This document shows, in pieces, positions 17,090 to 27,360 of a stretch of DNA of 64,000 nt. The DNA comes from Candidatus Tenderia sp. (GTDB taxonomy: Bacteria; Pseudomonadota; Gammaproteobacteria; Tenderiales; Tenderiaceae). The stretch is taken from NCBI GenBank assembly GCA_031416075.1, contig JANOSY010000087.1, positions 22,977 to 86,976 on the forward strand, in the 5' to 3' direction. A program made the position numbers and the translations under genes. The notes beneath the pieces are model-generated. The model worked only from the letters and a program-made list of their open reading frames with translations. It searched no databases and had not been told where the DNA came from. Each line of letters opens with the position of its first letter. Positions within the stretch are counted from its first letter, which is position 1.

Positions 17090-20000
17090 GTGCAAGAGTC
17101 ACTGAAAAAATTGAATGGCCAGATCGACCTCTGCATGCAGGCCGATCGTCACCGCTTGCGCCAGCGGCTGCAACGGCTGCGTGACAAGGGTACACCAGAA
17201 CAGCTTGAGGCTGTGGGTGTTGATATCGCTGCCTCGGCCCAGCGGCTGGCGCAACGCCGTGCCAATCTGCCCACGCCTACCTATCCCGAAGAGCTGCCCG
17301 TCAGTGAGCGGCGTGAAGAGATTGCTGATGCTATTCGTAAACATCAGGTAGTGATCGTGGCAGGTGAGACGGGGTCTGGAAAAACGACTCAATTACCTAA
17401 GATATGTTTGGAGATGGGGCGAGGTGTGGCCGGGATGATTGGTCATACCCAGCCACGGCGTATTGCTGCACGCAGTGTGGCAACACGCATTGCATCTGAA
17501 CTTCAAAGTGAGATTGGGCGTCATGTTGGTTATAAAGTACGTTTTAGCGACCATACTCGTCCCGAAAGTTATATAAAGCTGATGACTGATGGCATTTTGT
17601 TGGCCGAAAGTCAGGGTGATCGCTTTCTTAATCAGTACGACACATTGATTATTGATGAGGCACATGAGCGTAGTCTCAATATCGATTTCCTGCTGGGCTA
17701 CCTGAAACAGCTCTTGCCTCAACGTCCTGACCTGAAAATTATTATTACCTCGGCAACTATTGATACGGAACGTTTTTCACAACACTTTGATGGAGCGCCT
17801 GTCATTACTGTAAAGGGGCGTACATACCCTGTTGAGGTGCGTTATCGTCCGCTACAGAGTGACGATGAAGATGAGCAGGTTCGCGATGTGCAGCGAGGTA
17901 TTCTTGATGCAGTGGATGAGCTGGCCCGACATGGTCAAGGCGATATCCTGATTTTTTTGCCTGGTGAGCGTGAGATCCGTGAGACCGCAGAGAGTCTTCG
18001 CAAACATCATCCCCCCCATACTGAAATTGTGCCGCTGTTCTCCCGTTTGAGTGCAACTGATCAGAATAAAATTTTTCAGCCACATAAAGGACGACGTATT
18101 GTACTTTCAACTAATGTTGCTGAGACGTCATTGACGGTTCCTGGTATTCGTTATGTGGTTGATCCTGGTATGGCGCGTATTAGCCGCTATAGCCATCGTA
18201 CTAAAGTTCAGCGGCTACCGATTGAAAAAATATCTCAGGCATCCGCCAATCAACGTGCGGGGCGTTGTGGGCGTACTGGTCCGGGCCTCTGTATTCGGCT
18301 TTATGGTGAGGATGATTTTATGTCCAGATCGGAATTTACTGATCCGGAGATAAAGCGTAGCAATCTTGCTTCAGTCATTTTACAAATGAAATCATTAAAG
18401 CTAGGTGATATTGAACAGTTTCCATTTGTGGACGCCCCTGATAATAGTATGGTCAGAGATGGTTATAGACTGCTTGAAGAGTTAGGGGCGATTGATTCGC
18501 GTTTTATTCTGACAGAAACAGGGCGTCAGTTAGCGCGTCTGCCGCTGGATCCACGTATTGCTCGTATGGTGTTGGCGGCAAGAGATGAGTTCGCTCTGAA
18601 TGAAGTGATGATTATTGCCAGCGCGTTGAGTGTTCAAGAAGCGCGTGAGCGACCGCATGGAAAACAACAACATGCGGATGAGAAGCATAAAATTTTTTCT
18701 GATGAACGCTCCGACTTTTTTGCTTATCTTAATCTCTGGCGTATATATCATGAGCAGGATCAGCACCTGAGCAGTAATAAAATGAGACAATGGTGTCGTG
18801 AAAATTTTGTCTCTTATTTACGTATGCGTGAATGGCACGATGTACATGCCCAATTAAATAGTGTGATTAAAGAGATGGGGTGGCGAGGTAGTGACCAACC
18901 CGCTGAATATGATCAGATACACCGATCATTACTGGCGGGTTTGTTAGGCAATATTGCTACAAAAGGTGAGGCCCAGGAGTATAACGGTGCCCGCTCAATA
19001 AAATTGCATATTTTTCCTGGATCTACCCTAGTTAAAAAAAAGCCACGCTGGTTGATGGCGGCAGAGTTGGTGGAGACGCAGCGTATGTATGCGCGTACGG
19101 CAGCCAGCATAGAGCCGGAGTGGATAGAACGTGTTGCGGGTGATCTCTGTCGTAGAAGCTATTTTGATCCGCATTGGGAAAAGCGTACGGCAGCAGTGGT
19201 TGCTTATGAGCGGCTAACACTTTATGGATTGATTATTAATCCAAAGCGTAAAACTCATTATGGAAAAATTGATCCAATAGAATCTCGAAATCTATTTATT
19301 CGCGGTGCGCTGGTGGTTGGGGATTTTAATACCCGTGCCCCTTTTTTTAAACACAATGCCGATTTGATTTTAGAGATTGAGGCGCTGGAGGCAAAATCAC
19401 GTCGTCGTGATCTACTAGTGGATGAGAATGTGTTATTTGATTTTTATGATGAAATCATTCCAGAGGATGTTTTTGATGGACGCCGTTTTGAAAGTTGGCG
19501 TAAACAGGTAGAACAGAAGCAGCCAAAACTTCTCTATCTGACACAAGAGTATTTGATGCGAAACAACTCCAGTGGTGTGACGGAGGTGCAGTTTCCAGAT
19601 GTCTTGATGATCGATGGTATGGTGCTTCATCTTGGTTATCATTTTGAACCGGGCAGTGATGATGATGGTGTGACGGTGACAATTCCATTGCCTGCCCTTA
19701 ACTTGTTTAAGCCACAACGTTTTGAGTGGCTGGTGCCTGGGCTATTGCATGAAAAAATATGTCAGATAATAAAATCACTGCCTAAGCAGATACGGCGTAA
19801 CTTTGTTCCGGTACCTAACTTTGCTGATGCCTGTTTGCAGTCGATAAAAATTGGTGATGATCCTTTGTTAGATTCGTTGCAACAACACCTCTTACGAATG
19901 ACCGGCATTAAGGTTAATAGGGATGATTGGGATATCGCTAAACTTTCACCGCATATGTTAATGCGCTTTAATGTGGTTGACGAAAAGGGTGCTTCTCTTT

Positions 20001-20950
20001 CCACGGGGCGTGATCTGTTGCGGTTACAAAACCAATGGCGGGATAGGGCTCAGCAGAGTTTTTCGGCTGTTCCATCCTGGCATGGTGAGCGTAAAGACGT
20101 GGTTCAGTGGGATTTTGGTGAGTTACCGGAATGTGTTGAATTTGTGCGCAATAGTACACAGATGCGGGGGTACCCAGCATTGGTCGATGCTACGGAATCT
20201 GTTGCGATTCAATTGTGTGATACAGAGAGAGAGGCCCTGCGTCTTAGTCGCATTGCGTTGCGTCGTCTGATTGGCTTTGCCGCTGCCGATAAAATTAAAT
20301 ACCTGCATAAGCAGTTGCCAGATTTTAAACAGATGGCGCTTTATTATGCCACCATTGGCCATAGTGACGAGTTGCAACAGGATCTTGTTGATACCATTAT
20401 TGATCAGGCATTTCTGGGGTCTAGTGCACTACCACGCACTGCTCAGGAGTTTGATCGCTGTATAAATGAAGGAAGGCAGAAAATACTGCTGGTTGCCAGT
20501 GAACTCTGCACGATGGTGCATGAGACGTTGGTGCAGCACCATCAGCTTGCCAAACGGCTTAAGGGAAATCTGCCGCCTACCTGGTTGCATGTGGTGTCAG
20601 ATATTAATGGGCAGCTCAGTCAGCTCATCTATAGTCGTTTTATCAATCAGACTTCAGCAGAGTGGTTGAAGGAGTATCCGCGTTATTTCAAGGCAATCAA
20701 TGTGCGGTTGGACAAGTTAGCAGGCAGTGAAGCGCGTGATAAACAGAATACTCTTGAGCTTAAACCGTTATGGCAGTTCTACATGGATCGGAAAAAACGA
20801 CATGAAGAGCAAGGTATAGTTGATGCGGAACTCGATACTTATCGTTGGATGGTCGAAGAGTTACGTGTTTCACTTTTTGCCCAAGAGCTGAAAACAAAAA
20901 TGCCTGTTTCAGTTAAGCGTGTAAAAAATCAGATGGAGCTTGTGATTTAG
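17090..20950 (+). CDS. hrpA: ATP-dependent RNA helicase HrpA
   Basis: GETGSGKTTQLPK, DEAH, SAT, QRAGRCGR; C-terminal EELRVSLFAQEL. Confidence 0.97.
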   Translation: MQESLKKLNGQIDLCMQADRHRLRQRLQRLRDKGTPEQLEAVGVDIAASAQRLAQRRANLPTPTYPEELPVSERREEIADAIRKHQVVIVAGETGSGKTTQLPKICLEMGRGVAGMIGHTQPRRIAARSVATRIASELQSEIGRHVGYKVRFSDHTRPESYIKLMTDGILLAESQGDRFLNQYDTLIIDEAHERSLNIDFLLGYLKQLLPQRPDLKIIITSATIDTERFSQHFDGAPVITVKGRTYPVEVRYRPLQSDDEDEQVRDVQRGILDAVDELARHGQGDILIFLPGEREIRETAESLRKHHPPHTEIVPLFSRLSATDQNKIFQPHKGRRIVLSTNVAETSLTVPGIRYVVDPGMARISRYSHRTKVQRLPIEKISQASANQRAGRCGRTGPGLCIRLYGEDDFMSRSEFTDPEIKRSNLASVILQMKSLKLGDIEQFPFVDAPDNSMVRDGYRLLEELGAIDSRFILTETGRQLARLPLDPRIARMVLAARDEFALNEVMIIASALSVQEARERPHGKQQHADEKHKIFSDERSDFFAYLNLWRIYHEQDQHLSSNKMRQWCRENFVSYLRMREWHDVHAQLNSVIKEMGWRGSDQPAEYDQIHRSLLAGLLGNIATKGEAQEYNGARSIKLHIFPGSTLVKKKPRWLMAAELVETQRMYARTAASIEPEWIERVAGDLCRRSYFDPHWEKRTAAVVAYERLTLYGLIINPKRKTHYGKIDPIESRNLFIRGALVVGDFNTRAPFFKHNADLILEIEALEAKSRRRDLLVDENVLFDFYDEIIPEDVFDGRRFESWRKQVEQKQPKLLYLTQEYLMRNNSSGVTEVQFPDVLMIDGMVLHLGYHFEPGSDDDGVTVTIPLPALNLFKPQRFEWLVPGLLHEKICQIIKSLPKQIRRNFVPVPNFADACLQSIKIGDDPLLDSLQQHLLRMTGIKVNRDDWDIAKLSPHMLMRFNVVDEKGASLSTGRDLLRLQNQWRDRAQQSFSAVPSWHGERKDVVQWDFGELPECVEFVRNSTQMRGYPALVDATESVAIQLCDTEREALRLSRIALRRLIGFAAADKIKYLHKQLPDFKQMALYYATIGHSDELQQDLVDTIIDQAFLGSSALPRTAQEFDRCINEGRQKILLVASELCTMVHETLVQHHQLAKRLKGNLPPTWLHVVSDINGQLSQLIYSRFINQTSAEWLKEYPRYFKAINVRLDKLAGSEARDKQNTLELKPLWQFYMDRKKRHEEQGIVDAELDTYRWMVEELRVSLFAQELKTKMPVSVKRVKNQMELVI

Positions 20951-21043
20951 GGCTTGTATGTTTTTTGATGGATGTCTTTTAAAAACAGTTGTTTAATGGA
21001 TGATGTAAAGTTGTCCACTAATAGATAATAAGGAGTTGATAAA

Positions 21044-21760
21044 ATGGGTGAGCCTGTGCGCCTCTCAAAGCGGTTGATTGAACTGATTCATTGTTCCCGC
21101 AGCGAGGCTGACCAATATATTCAGGGTGGTTGGGTGTTGGTGGATGGTGAGGTGGTGGAGCAGCCGCAGTTTAAAGTGGATGAGCAGTGTGTTGAGCTGC
21201 ATCCTGAAGCGGTATTGGTGCCGGTTGAGCCGACAACGATATTGCTGCATTTGCCGGCCAAGTTTGACGTGAAAGATCCTGCTGCGCCACTTAAATTAAT
21301 TACGCCTGACAGTCGCTCTGAAAATGACAGTTCTGGCATTCGCCTGCTTGGACGTCATTTTTCTCATCTGATGCCGACGATGCCGCTTGAAGTGGGGGCG
21401 ACAGGGTTGCTGGTGTTTACTCAGGATCATCGTGTGGTTAAACGATTGGTGGATGATGCTGCAAAAAATGAGCAGGAGTATCATGTTGAGGTGGAGGGGA
21501 TGATCGCTGATGATGGGCTTGATAAACTCAACCGTGCTATGAAATTAAACGGTTGGCCGTTATCGCTTGCTAAGGTCAGTTGGCAGAATGAGCACTGTTT
21601 ACGGTTTGCATTAAAAAATATGCGCGTTGGGCAGTTTGACTTTATGTGTCAGAGCGTTGGGTTAAAGGTGGTAGGCATGAAACGAATTCGTATCGGGCGT
21701 GTGCCCATGTCGTTGCAGCCAGGGCAATGGCGCTATTTGCCCCATGGTGTATTGTTTTGA
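21044..21760 (+). CDS. S4-domain RsuA/RluF-like pseudouridine synthase homolog lacking the catalytic Asp
   Basis: RLSK..CSRSEAD..I..G.V.VDG S4 domain; GRLD motif reads MPLE; MKRIRIG. Confidence 0.8.
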   Translation: MGEPVRLSKRLIELIHCSRSEADQYIQGGWVLVDGEVVEQPQFKVDEQCVELHPEAVLVPVEPTTILLHLPAKFDVKDPAAPLKLITPDSRSENDSSGIRLLGRHFSHLMPTMPLEVGATGLLVFTQDHRVVKRLVDDAAKNEQEYHVEVEGMIADDGLDKLNRAMKLNGWPLSLAKVSWQNEHCLRFALKNMRVGQFDFMCQSVGLKVVGMKRIRIGRVPMSLQPGQWRYLPHGVLF

Positions 21761-21789
21761 TAGAGGACAAAAATAATCAATATAGAGGG

Positions 21790-22437
21790 ATGGTAAAATA
21801 CTATGCCGGTCAGATTGATAAAGTGGCGATTGCTGAGTTGCCCAATTATGAAGATCATGGTCGGGATGTTGTATTGGTGGATGGTGAAAATATTCATCAT
21901 GCGATAGCTGATCTACTTAAGCAACGGTATCTCGGTTTTGATACGGAGTCAAAGCCGGTGTTCCAAAAGGGTGCGACAGGCAGTGGTATCTCTATTATTC
22001 AGATAAGCTCAGTCAGTTGTTGTTATATATTTTTATTGAACAGCATTGCTGATAGCACTTTGTTGGGTGAGGTTGTAAATAATCAAAATATCATCAAGAT
22101 TGGTGTAGGTCTTAAGGATGATCTTAGTAAGCTGCGCGGGCAGTGTAAGTTTCATCCGGTTGCTTTTGTTGATTTGGGGACTATTTTTAAAACATTTGGT
22201 CGTAGAAATAGCCTGGGATCAAAACAGCTGGTGGCTTTGGTATTACAAAAAAAATTGCGCAAAAGTAAAAGTGTTACCACTTCTAATTGGGCTGCGCCCA
22301 CGCTGACACCCATGCAGATTGCGTATGCCAGTGATGATGCTTTCTCCAGTGTTGATGCGTATATCAAGTTGCGGGAGGTCTTTTTGCCTTATGTAGCACA
22401 GCTTGATAGAAGTGTGGTGCGACTGCTGGATTTGTAG
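21790..22437 (+). CDS. DEDDy 3'-5' exonuclease (WRN/RNase D-like)
   Basis: LGFDTESKP, KIGVGLKDD, SNW, YASDDA; SD GAGGG before ATG 21790. Confidence 0.88.
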   Translation: MVKYYAGQIDKVAIAELPNYEDHGRDVVLVDGENIHHAIADLLKQRYLGFDTESKPVFQKGATGSGISIIQISSVSCCYIFLLNSIADSTLLGEVVNNQNIIKIGVGLKDDLSKLRGQCKFHPVAFVDLGTIFKTFGRRNSLGSKQLVALVLQKKLRKSKSVTTSNWAAPTLTPMQIAYASDDAFSSVDAYIKLREVFLPYVAQLDRSVVRLLDL

Positions 22438-22525
22438 TCTGTTAAACCTATATTTTTTATCGCTATCGAAGTGTTTACCAAAACAGTGACGCATATTTTT
22501 GGCTTTTAATTGGGCCGGTAAAGAA

Positions 22526-22552
22526 TGCTGGGCTTGATGTTTTAGCCCAGCA
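22526..22552. terminator. Hairpin between convergent genes
   Basis: TGCTGGGCT...AGCCCAGCA. Confidence 0.5.
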
Positions 22553-22559
22553 GTTACCT

Positions 22560-23417
22560 CTACTCTCCTTCGTTGGCCTCTTGTTCGCGGCGGCGGCGTT
22601 CCATCTCTTCTTCTCTGGCGTTATCGATAACTTTCATGACGTCGTCGATATCAGCAGCAATGTTGTTTTCGGCAAAACAGCCAGTGAGTATGCTGTCAGG
22701 AGCCAGGCTGCCGCTTTCGTAGTGAGCCCATATCTCATTGGCGTAGGTGGTGGCGAGTAGCTCGGGGGCAAAGTTGCCAAAGTAGTTGCTCATGTTGTTG
22801 ACATCACGCGTCAGCATCATTCTGGCGCTATTGTTGCCAGCGGCGTTGACGGCCTGGGGTAGGTCGATGATGACGGGGCCGGTGGGGTCGATGAGTACGT
22901 TAAATTCGGAAAGGTCTCCATGCACGAGACCGGCACAGAGCATGCGGACGATTTCGCGGATGAGGCGGTTGTGGTATTCAATCGCCAGTTCAGGAGTGAA
23001 GCTGACTTCGCTCAGACGTGGTGCGGCGTGGCCGTCGCCGTCGGTGATAAGTTCCATCAGTAGTACGCCGTCGATAAAACTGTAGGGTTGTGGTACCCGT
23101 ACACCAGCGTCTGCAAGGCGGTATAGTGCGTCAACTTCGGCAGTGAGCCACGCCTCTTCGCTCTCTTTCTGGCCATAGCTGGTACGTTTTTGCATGGCAC
23201 GAGCACGGCGGCTGTTGCGTACCGTTCTGCCTTCCTGGTACTGCACGGCCTGTTTGAAGCTGCGTTTATTGGCCTCTTTGTAGACTTTGGCGCAGCGGAT
23301 GGTTTCGCCGCACCGAACGGTGTAGACCTGGGCCTCTTTACCACTTTTTAGTTGGCATATGATTTCGTCTATTAATCCATCTTCAAGAAGGGGTTGCAAT
23401 CTCTTTGGAATTTTCAT
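22560..23417 (-). CDS. RIO1-like Ser/Thr protein kinase
   Basis: SGKEA, CAKVYK, VHGDLSEFNVL, IIDLPQAV. Confidence 0.9.
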   Translation of the reverse strand: MKIPKRLQPLLEDGLIDEIICQLKSGKEAQVYTVRCGETIRCAKVYKEANKRSFKQAVQYQEGRTVRNSRRARAMQKRTSYGQKESEEAWLTAEVDALYRLADAGVRVPQPYSFIDGVLLMELITDGDGHAAPRLSEVSFTPELAIEYHNRLIREIVRMLCAGLVHGDLSEFNVLIDPTGPVIIDLPQAVNAAGNNSARMMLTRDVNNMSNYFGNFAPELLATTYANEIWAHYESGSLAPDSILTGCFAENNIAADIDDVMKVIDNAREEEMERRRREQEANEGE

Positions 23418-23465
23418 GTGGCCCTTTAGCGGTTGTTGTCTATTTTGTGGCAAATGGCGTTTTGT

Positions 23466-24263
23466 TTAACGCTGTTGCCTGATAAATTCGGCGGCGATAA
23501 TGGCGAAGGCGACGGAGACGTTAAGGCTTTCGACCAAGCCGCTGCCCGGAATCTTTATATTAACATCGGCGAGCTTTTGAAGTGCTGGTGATACACCTGC
23601 CTGTTCTGCACCCATCACTAGCAGTGTCCGTTTGGGGAGTGTGCCACTGTATAACGAATCGCCCTGTGCGGCGGTGGTGAGCACTACAAAACCGAGTTTT
23701 TTCAGTTCATTGATGGCGCGCTGATGATCATTCACGGCGATCAGTTTGACATGTTCTGCCCCCCCTTCGGCCACGCGGCAGGCGGAGGCGGATAGTTTTG
23801 GCAGGCGGCCACTCTCGCCGAGCAGGTATTGGATACCTAGGTGGGCACAGGTGCGGACTATAGCGCCTAAATTGTGTGGGTTTTCAACGCCATCAAGATA
23901 GCTGATCAGGGTGCCATCTGCATGTTGGCTGAGTGACTGCTTTAACTGCATGAAGGTTATGCGGGTGTGCTCCAGTGCCAGCAGGCAGACTCCCTGGTGG
24001 TGTATGGACTCGGTGAGCCGCTCCAGATCGGCATCATCAACAATGTGGTAGGCACGGTGGCTGGCGGCGGCCCATTTCAACATGGCGCTGTGGGTTTTGA
24101 GTTGTGCCTGCGTCACATAGATGCGGATGATGTCGTCTGGGCGTTGTTGCCATAACGCCAGACAGGCCGCGCTGCCGTAATACTTCAACTCTTTGCGGCT
24201 GTTGCTGTAGGCGTCTGTAACTGGGCGTTTACGGTCTGGATGGGCGGATCTTTTTTTGGTCAC
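23466..24263 (-). CDS. TrmH/SpoU family RNA methyltransferase (YfiF-like)
   Basis: NPHNLGAIVRT, VMGAEQAG, IPGSGLVESLNVSVA. Confidence 0.9.
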   Translation of the reverse strand: MTKKRSAHPDRKRPVTDAYSNSRKELKYYGSAACLALWQQRPDDIIRIYVTQAQLKTHSAMLKWAAASHRAYHIVDDADLERLTESIHHQGVCLLALEHTRITFMQLKQSLSQHADGTLISYLDGVENPHNLGAIVRTCAHLGIQYLLGESGRLPKLSASACRVAEGGAEHVKLIAVNDHQRAINELKKLGFVVLTTAAQGDSLYSGTLPKRTLLVMGAEQAGVSPALQKLADVNIKIPGSGLVESLNVSVAFAIIAAEFIRQQR

Positions 24264-24535
24264 AGCTATAAATCCGAAATGGGTGTGTACATAGAATACA
24301 TCAGCTCTCTGCTGGGTTTGTGAACTTAGTGCGACGGGTTTTATATAAGTTGTGATAAGCAGGCTGTTGATGCCGTCATCGCCCGTAAGGCCCTATTTTA
24401 TTGTAAAAACAATCAGGTATTGTGGGTTTTATCTAAATTCTTGCGGTTATTGTGTCGATACCTCTATATGGGTGGGTTATTGATGGCCAACGGTGTGTGT
24501 TTGGGAAATATACAAGTGATGTGGAGTGTTAGGTA

Positions 24536-26332
24536 GTGTTTAGATGGTTGCCGGTGATTGTTTGTAGTGGCTGTATGGTCTGGGGTGGTGTTTCTCAGGC
24601 GGTGGAGTTACGTACACAGACGCTTGTCTCGCTGAGTAACTCCCCAGCTGTTGTGGCAGCGCGCGATATGAACTGGAATTTCACCCCGGATCTGGTGGTG
24701 GCTAACGGGGCGAGCAATACGATCACGGTGATCCCTGTCAGCGCCTTTTCAGGCATGGAGTCAGCTACCGATTATGCGGTGGACAGCGGGCCGGTTGCGG
24801 TGGCGCTGGCAGATTTTTCCGGTAACGGTTATGTCGACATCGCGGTGGCGAATCAGCTGGCTGGCACGGTTTCTATCCTGAATAACCGGGCGGTGGCGGG
24901 GGTTGAGTTTAACTCTGCCACCAGCTACGCCGCCGGCAGTGGGCCGGTCGCCATTATGACTGGGCTGTTTAATGGTGACCTTTATAACGATCTTGTGGTG
25001 GTTAATCAGGCCAGCAACTCTGTCACTGTGCTCATTAATAGCGGTACTGGCACCTTTCCAACAGCCGTCAGTTATGGGGTGGGTTTATCTCCACGGGCCG
25101 TCGTAGTGGCCGACTTTGATGGCAATGGTTCTCTTGATTTGGCGGTTACTAATCAAGGGAGTAATAGTATTTCCCTGCTGTTGAATACGGGCAATGGCCT
25201 TTTTGCAGCGCCTTTAACCCATCTGTTAGGCAGTACGCCAGCGGCAATTGCCGTTCTGGATATGGATCGTAATGGGACGTTGGATCTTGCGATCACCCAC
25301 GCCGCGACAGACTCGCTTTCGCTGTTGAGCAATAACGGCAGTGGTAGTTTTACGTTTGTGGCCTCCTATTCCATGGGTGGAAACCCAGGTGCGCTGCTGG
25401 CGATTGATCTGAATGGGGATGGTTATGATGATCTGGTGGTGGCCAATACCGGCTCAGGGACGATATCGCTGCTGGAAAACAACCGTAAGGGTGCGTTTGT
25501 ATTGGGGCAGATGGCGGCAGTGGGCACCACCCCGGTATCAATTGTGGCTGCCGATCTTGATGTGGATGGTGATAGTGATCTGGTCATTGCCAATGCGGGG
25601 TCCAGTAATCTGTCGCTGTTGATGAATGACACCGATTTTCGTCCGGCCCCCTTTCAGTTTGCCGATCAAACAGATATCCCTGTGGGCACAGTAGTTGTAT
25701 CAAATGTGGTCACGCTCACCGGTATGACAGGCTGGGGCAAGATAGTGATCAGCCAAGGAGAGTACTCAGTTTCAACAGACAGTGGTGCCACCTGGTCACC
25801 ATGGTCGGCAGCCTATCCACTGGCGGCGACGGCAGGTGATCAGATCAAGCTGCGTGTGACCGCCTCTGCACAGGGATATACATCAGTGAATGTGGATCTG
25901 CGGATTGGTGGGGTATTGGATACATTTACCGTGAGAACCTTTGGTGATTCGGTACCTGATCCCTTTCTTTTTGTAGATCAGACCGGGGTGGCGTTGGGTA
26001 GCACAGTGTTTTCTAACACCATTACAGTGACTGGCATCGATATTGATACCTCAATTAGCATCGTTGGTGGCCTGTACAGTGTGAATGGTGAGGCGTTTAC
26101 CACCGCTGTTGGTTTTGTGAAAAACGGTGATACGGTGCAGCTACGTGCAACCGCTGCATCACTCAAAGGTGAGCCGGTGAATGTGGCACTCTACATAGGG
26201 GGGCTTTCCGACATCTTCACCATCATAACAACGGCGGCCAATAGCTCAGGCGGTGGCGGAGGGGTGCTGGATCTGTGGCAACTACTGCTGCTTGTACCGT
26301 TGCTGCGGCGTGGCAGCTACCATCGTGCGTGA
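24536..26332 (+). CDS. Secreted FG-GAP/VCBS repeat protein with GlyGly-CTERM tail
   Basis: Signal peptide; about 7 DxxGDGxxDLxVAN repeats; two P(A/D)PFxFxDQT domains; SSGGGGG + hydrophobic stretch + RR. Confidence 0.85.
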   Translation: MFRWLPVIVCSGCMVWGGVSQAVELRTQTLVSLSNSPAVVAARDMNWNFTPDLVVANGASNTITVIPVSAFSGMESATDYAVDSGPVAVALADFSGNGYVDIAVANQLAGTVSILNNRAVAGVEFNSATSYAAGSGPVAIMTGLFNGDLYNDLVVVNQASNSVTVLINSGTGTFPTAVSYGVGLSPRAVVVADFDGNGSLDLAVTNQGSNSISLLLNTGNGLFAAPLTHLLGSTPAAIAVLDMDRNGTLDLAITHAATDSLSLLSNNGSGSFTFVASYSMGGNPGALLAIDLNGDGYDDLVVANTGSGTISLLENNRKGAFVLGQMAAVGTTPVSIVAADLDVDGDSDLVIANAGSSNLSLLMNDTDFRPAPFQFADQTDIPVGTVVVSNVVTLTGMTGWGKIVISQGEYSVSTDSGATWSPWSAAYPLAATAGDQIKLRVTASAQGYTSVNVDLRIGGVLDTFTVRTFGDSVPDPFLFVDQTGVALGSTVFSNTITVTGIDIDTSISIVGGLYSVNGEAFTTAVGFVKNGDTVQLRATAASLKGEPVNVALYIGGLSDIFTIITTAANSSGGGGGVLDLWQLLLLVPLLRRGSYHRA

Positions 26333-26393
26333 TACGCCCTGAGTTCTGTCATCGGGTGTCTGAAGGCTCCGCAGCGAATATTCAGCGCTGTTT

Positions 26394-26774
26394 TTAGTGA
26401 AGACTTCCCGGTACGGCCAGTCCAAAAGGGGCGATTCTGGCGGTAAATAGCTCGCCGGATGGGCTCAACATATCGTAGTGACCCTGCATGGCCCCCACTG
26501 GCGTTTCCAGCATCACCCCGCTGCTATATTCAAAACTGTCACCCGGATTGAAATGGGGCTGTTCACCAATCACCCCCTCGCCGTGTACCTCATCCACCTT
26601 GCCGTTGGCGTCGGTAATGTGCCAGTGGCGGTGGGTGAGTTTAGCTGGCGTGGTACCGGTGTTGCGGATGGTGATGGTATAACCAAACACATAACGATTA
26701 CTCTCTGGCTCGGACTGCTCCGGTAGATAGTAAGCGCTGGTTTCGATCTGGATCTGTTTGTTATTGTCTGACAT
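26394..26774 (-). CDS. apaG: ApaG protein
   Basis: YVFGYTITIRN, RHWHITDANG, GEGVIGEQP, YSSG, GAMQG. Confidence 0.95.
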   Translation of the reverse strand: MSDNNKQIQIETSAYYLPEQSEPESNRYVFGYTITIRNTGTTPAKLTHRHWHITDANGKVDEVHGEGVIGEQPHFNPGDSFEYSSGVMLETPVGAMQGHYDMLSPSGELFTARIAPFGLAVPGSLH

Positions 26775-26901
26775 AGTACCAATTATACTTAATCTATAAA
26801 GATTCCCATAATATTATTTATAAAGAGTTCTTTGTTGCTGATCACTCATGGTGATGTGGTGTGTCATGCTGATCAGATCACCGTTATTGAGGAGAAGTTC
26901 A

Positions 26902-27249
26902 ATGAGTGTACTGATTTATCACAATCCACGCTGCTCAAAATCGCGAGAGACTCTGCAACTGCTCAGGGAGCAGGGGATAGAGCCGGAGGTGGTAGAGTAT
27001 CTGAAGGTGTCGCCCAGCAAACCCCAGCTTGAACAGCTGCTCAAGATGTTGGGGCTGCAGCCCCGCGAGTTGATGCGTCAAACAGAGTCGCTGTATGGGA
27101 CGTTGGGGCTGGATGATTCATCGCTGAGCCGTGAACAGCTGTTGGATGCCATGGTCGCCCATCCTATTCTGATGGAGCGCCCTGTTGTGGTGAGTGGTGG
27201 TAAGGCGGTGATCGGTCGTCCACCGCAGCAGGTATTGGATATTTTGTAA
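26902..27249 (+). CDS. arsC: Arsenate reductase (glutaredoxin-dependent ArsC family)
   Basis: IYHNPRCSKSR, LMERPVV, IGRPP; SD GAGGAG. Confidence 0.9.
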   Translation: MSVLIYHNPRCSKSRETLQLLREQGIEPEVVEYLKVSPSKPQLEQLLKMLGLQPRELMRQTESLYGTLGLDDSSLSREQLLDAMVAHPILMERPVVVSGGKAVIGRPPQQVLDIL

Positions 27250-27360
27250 AACAGCACTGACAGTATTGGTATTATGGTGAATACGGGGGCGGCTTTTTGT
27301 ACGGCTCTCGCAACGGTGTGGATGCCCGCTTAATCCATTTTTACGGGAGTTGATGGGACG

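Noticed and set aside
24434-24461. sigma28-like promoter before the FG-GAP gene
   Set aside because: Spacer is 16 nt and the -10 (GTCGATAC) is imperfect; too weak to list.
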